NCBI GenBank assembly: GCA_000934665.2
Contig: JYFJ02001803.1
Location: forward strand, 49,353-69,352
Source of the DNA: Catajapyx aquilonaris
Taxonomy: Eukaryota
Length of the DNA stretch: 20,000 nt
Reading direction: 5' to 3'
The position numbers and the translations under genes were made by a program. A model generated the notes under the pieces. It saw nothing but the letters and a program-made list of their open reading frames with translations, searched no databases and was not told the origin of the DNA. Below are positions 1-11,092 of this stretch, in pieces (position 1 is the stretch's first letter; the number at the start of each line of letters is the position of its first letter).

Positions 1-277
1 CCTGAGTAGGCCTACTATTATTTAGGGATGAACCCTGCATGAAGGATTATAAGAATAGAAAAAATTAAACCATGCACATTCATCGGTATGTGAACAGCGA
101 CATGCAATATTCAAAGGTGCGCATGCATTGTCAGCACTATTCGTGGGGAAAAGGTCAGATAAATTGTCCCCCTACTTGAGCCTATATGGCAAGCCCGTCT
201 TGATCAATCCACTAAGGATTGTGTGACAATGAGCATAGCCAAATGTTTATCGACGTAGAGTAACCAACAGAGAAGGA

Positions 278-1222
278 ATGGAGACCTGGATGGCAGTCTT
301 CACCTCCCTGGTTTTAGTGAATGACACAGACCCAGTGTCAAAATTGACCCAGTACGTCAGGTGTGTTGGATCAAGTGGATGTCACTTGTTGTTCTCTTGT
401 CATCAGCCATGATCTAATTGAAGGAATTCATCCTTGAATTCAGGCACTTCTGGCAGATCAGGACAGACCTGTTATGGTGTTTCCATCGGTCAAAGGGGCA
501 CACTTCGACTACACAAGCGACATCGACGAAGATGAGCTGAGGAGTACAGATAACTGCACAGTTCACTTCATAACGGCATGCATGTTCACACTGGACCAAA
601 CATTGCAACATCTCTACAAACAAGCAACTGTTCTTAAAACCAAGGATTTGTTCGTGGTTTGGGTGAGGGACAACCACTATAAGGACCATTTCATGAGGCT
701 GCACTTGACCAAGGGGAAGTTCAAGTTGGGGCTTCACTTTGACTCCAACCATGAGTTGATGGTGAGCATGGACTGCTTCCACTGCGAGTCTGGAAATGAC
801 ATCATTCATCTTCTGGAGAATGTACCTCATGTCCAGGAAATACTTCCCAACGCAAAGGATAATAATTTTCACAAAAGGCACCTAAAAGGTGTGCAAGACT
901 ATGCAGTGTTCCTCCTTCCTTACCAGATTCTTCCATGGTCCATGATCGTCGTCTCCATATTCCTCTTCTCTCTTTGTATCTACATCTTTGAAGTGTGTCG
1001 CTCCAAGTTGATGGCAACCAAGTATCTTCCCTACTTGTCCCATCCGGCCAGAACAGCAATGGTCATGATCGATGAGTTTCCTCAGGTTTTACCTGGAAGT
1101 ATTGCCCAACATGACAAGTTGACTCTATATCCAACGTGATTGGTGCTTTCATAATATTTGGCGGAGGAGCCATCATGTCTGTTGTTGCATTTGTTCGGGA
1201 GGTGATCTATTATGCAAGCTGA
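278..1222 (+). pseudogene. Degenerate, internally deleted ionotropic receptor (divergent IR/iGluR-like) relic in a Smox intron
   Basis: ORF 474-1139 contains CFHCESG...EILPNAKDNNFHKRHLKGV (pre-S1 motif of divergent IRs) and then YAVFLLPYQILPWSMIVVSIFLFSLCIYIFE (pre-M1 P/W + M1). After a 2-nt frameshift at ~1128 it reads KLTL-SNVIGAFIIFGGGAIMSVVAFVRE...* (1130-1222), matching the iGluR/IR last-TM consensus LxLxNVxGxFxILxxG...FxxE. A possible N-terminus from ATG 278 needs further frameshifts. Confidence 0.7.
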
Positions 1223-2377
1223 CCTGCAAAGAAAATAATCAAATCCACCTCAGAATACAAGCTGGACGTTTCATAAACCACAATTGCTTATAGAACTTTT
1301 TCCAATATGGCCACTGGATGATGGTGTCACATGAAAAAGTCCGACAAAGCACTTGAGTATGTGATTTTTGTGTTGAATTCTACGTTTTTTGCTTGCGAAT
1401 ATGCCTAAAACTGCATTCATTATTTTATGATTTATAGATTTTTGTCAACAAATTCTCAAAATTTTTGTCTGTGTTTGTCAGTGGGGGACGGACACGGTGG
1501 TTAAAGAGTTAAACCCCATTCAGCTAAAAAAAACCTTCGGATGTCCATTTAAATGGACATTTGGTCTCAGGAAGAAAAGAAAATTACCAGTTCTCTACAG
1601 CGACAAAGATTGTCACAGACACATCTTTCCGTATTTCCTAATACACATACCTTGCGACTCCCAGGACATTTTGCATTGACGAAAATCACACTCTAAATGT
1701 GCGGAAAAAAATCAAACTCATAAGATTGGCAGCGGCATCTGCCATTTTCATGAGTGATTTAATTTTTGCTGCCAAAGTCAGATATTCGACACTAGGTGGC
1801 TACACATATTGAGGCCAGATTGTAATCATGGGATACCAACAGATTACAGTTCTGTTGGCATCACTAGTTGGCGGCAAATATTTTTTTGCTGATGTCGACA
1901 TATGATGAGATCAGGTCTCACGAGGATATAGAGGAAACCTGTCCTTGACGAACCGTGTGTTTGATCTTAGTGATAGATTGCTACCATATTGAATTGCATC
2001 AATCCTCTGCCTGGGAGCAGTATAATTAATAACTTCCACCATGGGATCGTTTTAAAATGTAATTCTTTTCATGTTTATGTAACAAATACTTTTCCGAGGA
2101 AGTACTAATCACTTTTTTTTCAATCTTGCATTTGCCTTATAACAGTTACCAGTGCATATATTGTGGTATTTAATTTATTAAGACAAAAATGTCACACTTG
2201 AAAATGTTGCTAATCAGGGAATGGCCCTTTTGGGAATAAGTAGTTCTTTAACTGGCCAACATGTTGACCTGATTTGATGTCTGTATAGTACGATTTCAAG
2301 GGCAAGGTTCTACATTGGCCACTATCCCATTCCATTGATTCACCAGGTCCCAACTAGCTACCTGGTCGTGACATTAG

Positions 2378-2731
<354 letters not shown>

Positions 2732-3022
2732 TAATGTGATGATAGTTTTTTTTAATGTGTTGGCAATGTGAAAATGTGTTTCCATAAAGTAACAGTTTCT
2801 GGACGGATTTTTCACTTTGCCGTCACTAAACAAAGAAACTCTAACCACAAAATGTTGCATCAGTTTACTCTCCGATTCACATAAGAGTGAACCTTTTTGG
2901 ATACCCATACGCCTGAAAGTAGTGCTCACCATGCCGGGCCATACTGCTCCTCACAACAAAATGTGCAGTTTGTGTAGCGCTGCAGCTACCGCATGGGCTA
3001 CCCATGATAATAATTAGGCATT

Positions 3023-3215
3023 TACCGAAGCAGTAGTGGTGTAGTGGATATGGTGTCCGACTGCTAATCGGGAGGTCCTGGGTTCGAATCCCGGAGGCCG
3101 GCGATCCTGACCTTGGTTTTCTGTGGTTTCCCAAGGTCGCCCCAGGAATAATTTCCGGGATCGTACCGTAAAATAGGCCACAGCCGCTGCCTTCCTTTCC
3201 CTTCCCTGGAGGAGG
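3023..3215 (+). mobile_element. tRNA-derived SINE, family A, copy 1 (3'-truncated)
   Basis: Pol III A box TGGTGTAGTGG (3037-3047) and B box GGTTCGAATCC (3081-3091). Body GGTTTTCTGTGGTTTCCC...TAGGCCACAGCCGCTGCCTTCC aligns with the reverse-strand copy at 17923-18152. Confidence 0.88.
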
Positions 3216-3382
3216 TGCGGGTCAGTGGGGGTTTCTGACTCGCTTCTAGGGGGTTATCTTGGTGAACGGGCCCCCTGAGGGACTGCACACGACCCCCAAC
3301 CTGAGACATTGCACATTAAGATTCTTAATTACATGTATTTTTTTTTGCCTGTCCTTTTCAGCTTGCTTTCCATTCATTTCTT

Positions 3383-3410
3383 CCCGAGCAACGCCGGGTA
3401 TGGCAGCTAG
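3383..3410 (+). mobile_element. Helitron-like 3' terminus
   Basis: Short GC hairpin CCCGAGCAACGCCGGG followed 8 nt later by CTAG and a host T (3407-3411), the canonical Helitron 3' end. The 5' TC end was not identified. Confidence 0.6.
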
Positions 3411-4150
3411 TACTGTCATTAATACACTAACACACGCCTGACGCAGCCAACTTGGTCCAAAAAGAGTTCATTAATTTGAGTCGGATAAAGAAAGGTGAAA
3501 GAAGGCCATAGGGTTTCCAACTTTATGCTTGCGACTGCACCAGCCTGTTTCTTCGAGAAAGGCAGAGATGCAGGGAACTAATTTTGCGGCGGCTCACCGA
3601 CCTCTCGGGCGTATGGATATCCAAAAAGGTTCACTCTTATGTGAATCGGAGAGTAGGTTGAAGAAATATATTTGATACCAAGCATTTTTAGTATATTACA
3701 AAAAATTCCTGCAAAAAAATGGCTGTTGATCTTGACCTCTCAATTTTAGCATAGGTAGCTTCCTCCAAGCCCAGGCAACATTTCCCACCGAAAATATTGA
3801 CTTACTGGTACTATAATTATCAAGTCTTTAAAATTACACACGTTAGTAACAAAGCAGTTAGGGGTGATGGGCCGAGTGCCACCCCCTGGGAAGGCATATC
3901 ATGTGGAGCATGCATGTGCCACTGGAAAAGTAGCCTTCACAAGAGACTGCTGGTAGGCAGCGCCGGATTTCCCATTAGGCACAGTAGGCACTGGCCTAGG
4001 GACGGCCGCAAGTTGAAAAAAATATTTCTCAAATCTAATAATAGGAAATAAAGGCGTGATCACAAAGAAAATCAAATTTTTGAGCACTTGATTTACCACT
4101 ACAGGCAGAAAAGATCATTGCCGAAGGGCAGCCATAACTTACAATATATA

Positions 4151-5682
4151 CGAGGGTTGTCCTATAATTATTGGCAACACTGTTACCACTCAGAACCTGA
4201 GGCTGCCAGGACCGAATGTGGATAGGTACTTTTAGAATCAGCCCTGGGGAACCCTATGGTACCATTAGCGAAGCAATCGCAGCAGCACATGTGGAGCAGT
4301 GCCTGTTCCAAGTGTACCCATTTACATAAGCGCCCTAAGACAGCCCTGCTTCATCAAGATCCCTGTTTCACATGGAAAATCTGCCAGATAGCACCATCAA
4401 GGTCTTGTGTTGACTCCTGCCTCACGTATCTTACCATTCAAGGTTTGTACAAGCTTTTAAAGTAGGTCCCCTCCCTTATTGCAATGGACTGGCCCCTTAT
4501 CAAGGCTTTGACAACTCTGTTGGATATGGACCGGTGATGGACCTTCATAGAATTGGCAAGGGAAATATTATTGTCATCAATATCATAATTGTAACATCAT
4601 CTCCACCCATAAATTCCCCTTAAGAGGAAGGATTTGTTAAGGGGGGACCCACTGCCTTTCATGACAATGCTCGCTGTCATGTGGCCATTGCTTTTCGGAA
4701 ACTTCTTCAGAAATGGATATGAGAGCTGTTGAAATATCTTCCATATTCACCTGACATGAGTACGTGTGACTTTAATATTATATGTATGTATATAAGGGGG
4801 CTTACCCGGCATAGCCATCTACAGCCCCCGGCTCCATCAACAACTAATCACCGAATAGTGTCAACATCATAAACGAACAAGAAGAGCCAAACAAACCTGG
4901 ATAAAACCAAAAACCGAAAAACCTTAAGGCGCGACCACAAAAGCAATTACTAAAACGCGCAGAGACGCATACAATTTTGAGCGAAACCCTTCACCACCTC
5001 AGATTTAGAGAACCAAGAGATTAAGAGAACTAAACCTAAGAGAGGGGGACTAAGAGAACTAATCAGTAACATATTAAAACTCCGCTGGCGACGGAGCTCA
5101 CCGCACGGTGACACATCACATTCATCCATTGATCCCCCGGAGCCAAGCATCAGCCGCCAAACAAAGAGAATTGAAGCTTCTCAGAAGAACTCCCATGAGC
5201 ATCCTTGGAGAAGGAGGCCAGCCAGCACCGCTCCGCAAGGCCAGCTGCATCACCCCGGAGCGGGCCTCCCTCAGCTCCGGCGTCCCGCAGTGCCACAACA
5301 CGTGATCAGGAGTCTGCCGCCCCCTCCTGCAGGGACACTCACCCTCGCCCTCGCACAATCCAAAGCGGACCAAATAAGAGAGAAAAGACCCATGCCCCGA
5401 AACCACCCGAGCCATGATCAAGACTATGACCAGACTATGATCAACTCCAAATAATTAACGTGGCTTTCGTTTCTGTACCAGGAAAGCATGTCTTAGGGCG
5501 GTCTCTGCGTGGCACCTCCACAAAAGACGTTGCTGATGGCATTCGAAGCCTTTCAGATATGTGGAAAAATGTGATAAAAATGGCTGCGGATTATACCTAG
5601 ATAATGTGAAATGTTCACGTGGGTACCCATACCGATACGAAAATTATGGCAGTGTTGCACAATAAGTATCAGACAACCCACA
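4151..5682 (+). mobile_element. Decayed mariner (DD34D) transposon, internally deleted and interrupted by a LINE
   Basis: TA-flanked imperfect TIRs (CGAGGGTTGTCCTATAATTATTGGCAACACTG / CAGTGTTGCACAATAAGTATCAGACAACCCACA). Transposase relics: LDMDR*WTFIELARE (~4520-4565), HDNARCHVA...W I*ELLKYLPYSPDMSTCDF (4660-4773, D-34-D spacing), and RGFRF...DGIRSLSDMWKNVIKMAADYT* (~5459-5600). Confidence 0.9.
4775..5443 (-). mobile_element. 5'-truncated non-LTR retrotransposon (R1 clade-like), ORF2 C-terminus plus 3' UTR
   Basis: ORF 5122-5421(-) reads SGHGSFLSYLVRFGL...ECPC...QTPDHVLWHC, the GHGxF/CCHC tail of R1-clade ORF2. It is followed by a GT-rich 3' UTR and a TATATACATACATATA tail at ~4775-4794. Confidence 0.82.
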
Positions 5683-6845
5683 TATAAAGCTTATATGTTT
5701 TGGATAATATAAAAAATAAAATGAAGGAGAGAACACAAATTGATCTTTTAAGCGTTATGCGAGGAGGATCTCAAGTGCCTAAGGATGGCCGGGGGGGGGG
5801 GGGGGTGTAGACCCNCCAGGACTGCTGGTAGGAGGTTGTTTCTTAGTGTCTGGCTAGACCCCTGGAGTTTGGCAAATCAAATGTCACATGCCAGGTCATA
5901 GGGCTCCCTCCACCAGACACTGCTATTGGTGCAGATTGCATCAAAAAGTGATCGTTTGGAAAAATATAAAACATTACGAAGCCAATTATTATATCCTAGT
6001 CTGCACATTGGAATTCGTGGTATCTGCTGCCCATAGTGAGAGAATATTGTTTTTCAGCTGCAACCCCAACTGCCATAGCCATTTCATGTCAATAACAAAA
6101 ATCCTGCGGCTTTTTTCTGACCCCTTCCAAAATTTTCAAAAAATACTAAATGGCACCAGTCCAATTAGGGTTAAGTATTCTGCAGCTTTGTGATATTTGT
6201 AAATATAGCTTTGGTCACAAATGATGCATCTAAAAATCTCAGAGTCTTAGTTAATAAAAGGGTTAACAATATTAGTGATGTAGTGTTTCCCCCTCACCAT
6301 TGACTATAAACCTGGGTCAAACTTGAACTTTATAAGCTTATGCCTTGAGCAGCCTTGCAGCAGTGCCAAAGAATAATAGTTGTTAAAAGTAACATGGGGT
6401 CAATCAGCTCAACAAGGTCATCTGCACAAATATGATTCAGCTTAATAAATGTCGATTATGATGATGAAAAGGAAAGTGGACTACGAACCAATGCTTGTTC
6501 CACATATGTTATATTTTTGGTATACCATCTCTAACATCCCAGATGCCTTTCCCAGAGTGATATTTTTTACCACTGACACCTTGCAGGTATGATGCCAGAC
6601 TGGGCAGGGAGATCAAGGGGGAACTACATGAAGGTCAAAGGACTTTCTGTATGTACTTTTTTGCAACATGCACCAGACAAACAGCCAATGTGTATGTCAA
6701 GTAGTAGAGTGCTTAAACACTCTTGTCGTCTTTTCTTGAGTAGGCTATGTGAACACTGGCTGTTTTTCATGCAACATTCGGTTTTGGCCACCCTTCCACT
6801 TGGCATTGTTGTAGGGCAGCACAATGTAGCCAGAGATAAGCTTAA

Positions 6846-7869
6846 CCCTTTAATGGGCATACTTGGAAAGGACGTTAGTAAAATTATGGCAGTTGGGTTT
6901 CTCAACTAAAGTAATTGGTATGATATGCTGTAATCTATGAATTTCGTTTTTTATTGTTGCCTTCCACGTCAGAGGTCAAGGGTCAACAGTGTACTTGGTG
7001 ATAAAAGCATGAAGATTTGTAGGAATGTCCTTGGGACCATACTATTCAAATTCAGATTTGGCGCCACGCCCGATTTCACCCTGGAGGCCCGTAATTGCGG
7101 GTTGCCTACCCTTCAGTGAGTGAAAAGTATTTTTAAAGTCGCTGTAGCTCTGAAAATATGGACTGTACGTGGAAAAGGTACTTATACATTTTTGTAGAGT
7201 ACCGGTACATGTTTCTCTACAACCTTTGTTTGGCACATATCCTCCTGAGAAGCATAGTTCACTCAGAAAAATACTCTTCACTCGATTCAAGGTAGCCAAC
7301 CAGCCTCCGGGGCGAAAACGGGGGTGGTGCCTTATCTGGATTTGAATAGTATGGTCCCAAGGACATTTGTACCAAATTTCGTCTCTCCAAACCATGTTGC
7401 GGCAATAAAAATAATAGTTTTTCTTAGCAGCAGCGCGCCAACATTTTTCGTAGCGGCCGCCATGTTGGATTCTTTCTTTTCCCCACGGTGCAGGCTTTTC
7501 CCAACAGAAGGCAAAGTACACTTATGAGTTACTAGAGGTTGCATCCCAGAATATACACCATCCATTTTCGCGCACTTTCTCTCTGGCGGGCCCGTTTAAA
7601 ATGTTTGAAAACCATGGGCCGAATTCAGAGAGGTTGCTTAACGTAAACGCGCCCGATTAAATCCTTTAGTCATCCTCGATGAGCAAATTTAAAAGTGCTA
7701 GCAAGTGCGATTAGGGGGCGTTTAGCGCTAATCGCCGTCTTTGTATTAGCAGGTTGGTTAAATTTGCTAATCGAGGATGACTAAAGGATTTAATCGGGTG
7801 CGTTTACGTTAAGCAACCTCTCTGAATTCGGCCCCATGTATATCCAGAGATACATTGTCAATTAAAGGG
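6846..7869. mobile_element. piggyBac-like MITE with internal inverted repeat
   Basis: TTAA|CCCTTTAAT... ...ATTAAAGGG|TTAT ends (degenerate TTAA TSD). An internal inverted repeat of ~75 bp lies at ~7014-7090 / ~7304-7380. Confidence 0.55.
7616..7834. mobile_element. PIF/Harbinger-like MITE (219 bp hairpin)
   Basis: 77-bp TIRs GGGCCGAATTCAGAGAGGTTGCTTAACG... with 2 mismatches. CAT on both sides (3-bp TSD; could also be read as CCATG with 1-bp shorter ends). Confidence 0.85.
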
Positions 7870-8017
7870 TTATGCCATGCAAGTGAAGGTTTGTTTCCTG
7901 GACTCAAAGAGTGAAGTTTGTATCTTGTGTTGTGTGTTAGTTCAATGGTTTGTACACCTTGAAAATGTGTCCATGCTTCATGTATCCATTATCCCATCCT
8001 GTCCAACAAGAAAAAAA

Positions 8018-8180
8018 GTCCCTGTAGCTCAGTGGCAGAGCTCTCGTGATTCACGAGGTGGGTCCCGGGTTCGATTCCTGGCGGGGGCAAATCCATTCAT
8101 GCACACCATCTTTACAATCATGAAGAATGTCATATCGAATCATTTTCATAGGAATCTACCCTGTTCATACCTCTGAAGAC
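8018..8180 (+). mobile_element. tRNA-derived SINE, family B (or tRNA pseudogene with tail)
   Basis: A box TAGCTCAGTGG and B box GGTTCGATTCC (8068-8078). Cloverleaf-like 8018-8089 with an abnormal anticodon loop and no oligo-T terminator right after it. The 3' end is uncertain. Confidence 0.65.
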
Positions 8181-8183
8181 AAG

Positions 8184-8569
<386 letters not shown>

Positions 8570-8592
8570 TAATTTCCTGCCAGTTTTTGTAA

Positions 8593-8895
<303 letters not shown>

Positions 8896-10329
8896 AGAGA
8901 GCGGCGGCTCCTATGGATCTGCTTGACACGGGAGCCGTTTGATTTAGCTGGCTAATGGTAAAATGCAAAGAGAAGGGTGTACCAGTCACATTTACTATTA
9001 TGCAGAGCCTTTCAAATGGAAGTGTGAACATATGTTTTTTGATCAAGTTTCCTTGTGTGAGGGTGGTTTGCTGGAATATTTCCGCCAGTGGTGCAATCAC
9101 ATTTGACGCTTGCATCTGGCATGATTGCATCACACTCCACTCTTGAGTCATTAGTCTTCCTCAACATTTTTGGCCCTAACTTGAATTTAAAAGGCTAAAA
9201 GATTTTGCCTATTATTACCAGTTGGATCTTCCCTCAGATTTGTACTGGTGAAAGGTATCAATGATCAGTTTGCACCTCATTAGCACATAAGTCACAAATC
9301 AATGAATTTGATTCAGAAGGATAGCAGGCCAAATAATTGTGAAGTAAGTTTTGTTGCTCCTATGTGGAGTCAGGCTAGTCTTTGTTCGCAACATAAAATT
9401 ATGCAACAAACTGATATTATTTTACACTCCTCACAAACAAGGAAACCTAACGACAGAAGGGCATAAGGGTCAAGGTCCTGCACTGTACTTCCAGAAGGCA
9501 TTGTGACATGCTCACCTTTATTTAAGGCCTTCATGTGGTGTGTTGTTGCAGCCAGTGACTAATTAATAGGTGAAAATATTTATTTCTCCCATAATTTCTA
9601 ACAGGCCAATTATTTATTTGTACTTGGGTAAAGACTTTGTACTGCTCACATGGTCATTAAGCAGTTATAGAGTTACTGCAGCCATTGATTTTTATGATAT
9701 CTGTTGTTATTTAGTTGTAAGTTCTACTACTTAATGATTAGCTTGTACCACTCAAAGGAAAAACTACAACCTCAACATTTTTTTGAGGGAAATGTTGTTG
9801 AAAGAGTCCTTTATAATTTTCAAGGAATCAAAAGAGAACAATAACATGCAGTGTAGAATGTACTGACTTGGGGTTGACATTCACAGTCTTGCACTTGTTA
9901 TGCTACGCATGTGGGGTCGTAACTATCCTATAATTTTTGTGCCCCTTGGCAAACGCCCTTTTTCCTAATATTTGTTTCCTGGTTATGGTATATAGCAATA
10001 TGTATTTTAAAACTGTGAATATCAATAGCGTCAGTTAGATACATGTTACATTGGATTTTATTGGTCGCAGTTACATTGGGAGTGAATTATTAATGAGTGC
10101 ATGTTAAGAGGCCAGCTGGTCTAGAGCAGCATAGGTGGGAAAGATTTTGATTGACCTTGTACAGTATAAGTAACCTTCCAGAGTTAAGCAATATCGTAAA
10201 GGGTGTCAATGTCCAAGAGTATTTTTTTTCTTATGGGATGCTGGACAGACTTCAAGTTTTAGTTTCTCTTACAGACTGATGGCAAAGAGGGGAGTGTGGT
10301 TTCTGGCCAATTCTGGCCTGGGAGACATT

Positions 10330-10541
10330 GAGTACGTTTACATGGGACTAAAAATCGGCCTGACCCAGGCTTCCTTAGCAAGGCCATCACCTTAGGTAGA
10401 CCACCCGACCCGAAAGGCTTGGGCTGCGCCTGACAACGGATCAGATAAGGCCGGTCTATCGTAGGCCCAGCGGCTACATGGGAGTAAACCGGTTCGCCTA
10501 GCATAGGCTAGGCAGATTTTTAGTCCCTTGTAAACGTACTC
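10330..10541. mobile_element. MITE (212 bp)
   Basis: 32-bp TIRs GAGTACGTTTACA(T/A)GGGACTAAAAATC(G/T)GCCT. The flanks CATT/AATG extend the symmetry, so the TSD and superfamily are uncertain. Confidence 0.8.
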
Positions 10542-10682
10542 AATGACTGGTTTTCATTGGAGATACTGGCAGGGTGGTCTAACTAGTATTTTTATTTGAA
10601 TTATTTTACCTGTCTTTCCTGAGAGCTTCTGCTTAGGGGTCACCTGTAAAGTACATGACACAGAGCTTTGGCCTTTTTGACC

Positions 10683-11091
10683 CAAGAGGGTAACAACTTC
10701 GTGGAACCGGTGTACAGGGTTCCTGTGGAACCAGGTGGAACCAGCCTGGAATTGGGTGTACACTTTTCTGGGGAGTTGTTACCCCCCTTGTTTTGACCCA
10801 CACTCCTACCCCCATGTCACTTGGTCAGCTGACGTCCACTCTTCTGTATCAGTATGATGTACGTCATGGATGACCCTATTGTATTGTGGGGTACAAAGTG
10901 AGGCAAGATTTGAGTGCCAAGATTTATTGACCTGCAATTTTAGTGTACCGTAATGATATAAAATCAAGGGGGTAACAACTTCATGGAACTGGTGTACAGG
11001 GTCCCGCTGGAACCAGCTTGGAACCGGGTGGAACCAGGTGGAAACACAGGATCTGGTGTACACTTTTTTGGGGAATTGTTACCCCCTTGAT
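10683..11091. repeat. Two direct copies of a ~110-130 bp hairpin module
   Basis: 10683-10790 and 10963-11091 each have CAAG(A/G)GGGTAACAA...TTGTTACCCCCTTG ends, paired TGTACA sites and internal TGGAACC(A/G)G tandem units. Confidence 0.8.
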
Positions 11092-11092
11092 A

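Larger units (their letters stand above)
2868..3653. mobile_element. Tc1/mariner-type non-autonomous element (MITE) with nested inserts
   Basis: 46-bp TIRs CTCTCCGATTCACATAAGAGTGAACCTTTTTGGATA(C/T)CCATACGCC at 2868-2913 and 3608-3653 (1 mismatch), flanked by TA on both sides. Confidence 0.85.
3958..5824 (+). mobile_element. hAT-like non-autonomous element (copy 1), split by a mariner insertion
   Basis: Starts CAGCGCCGGATTTCCCATTAGGC and ends ...G15-TGTAGACCCNCCAGGACTG. Exact 8-bp TSD CTGGTAGG at 3950-3957 and 5825-5832. Both halves match the uninterrupted copy at 18471-18772. Confidence 0.75.

Noticed and set aside
414..881. 155-aa minus-strand ORF
   Set aside because: It is the antisense shadow of the IR-like reading frame and has no recognisable motif.
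3023..3100. tRNA-Ser(GCT)-like gene
   Set aside because: It lacks a long variable arm and a proper acceptor stem, and continues into a body shared with a second dispersed copy, so it is a SINE head.
6245..6266. AAAAGGGTTAA piggyBac-like right end
   Set aside because: No matching left end was found upstream, so it is too short to call.
6587..6909. Acceptor-like site followed by a 106-aa ORF in the Smox intron
   Set aside because: No homology is recognisable, it runs into a MITE end, and the flanking Smox exons already join in frame.
10700..11045. CRISPR-like repeat array (TGGAACC units)
   Set aside because: The units are ~10 bp and adjacent, with no unique spacers or cas genes, in a eukaryotic context.
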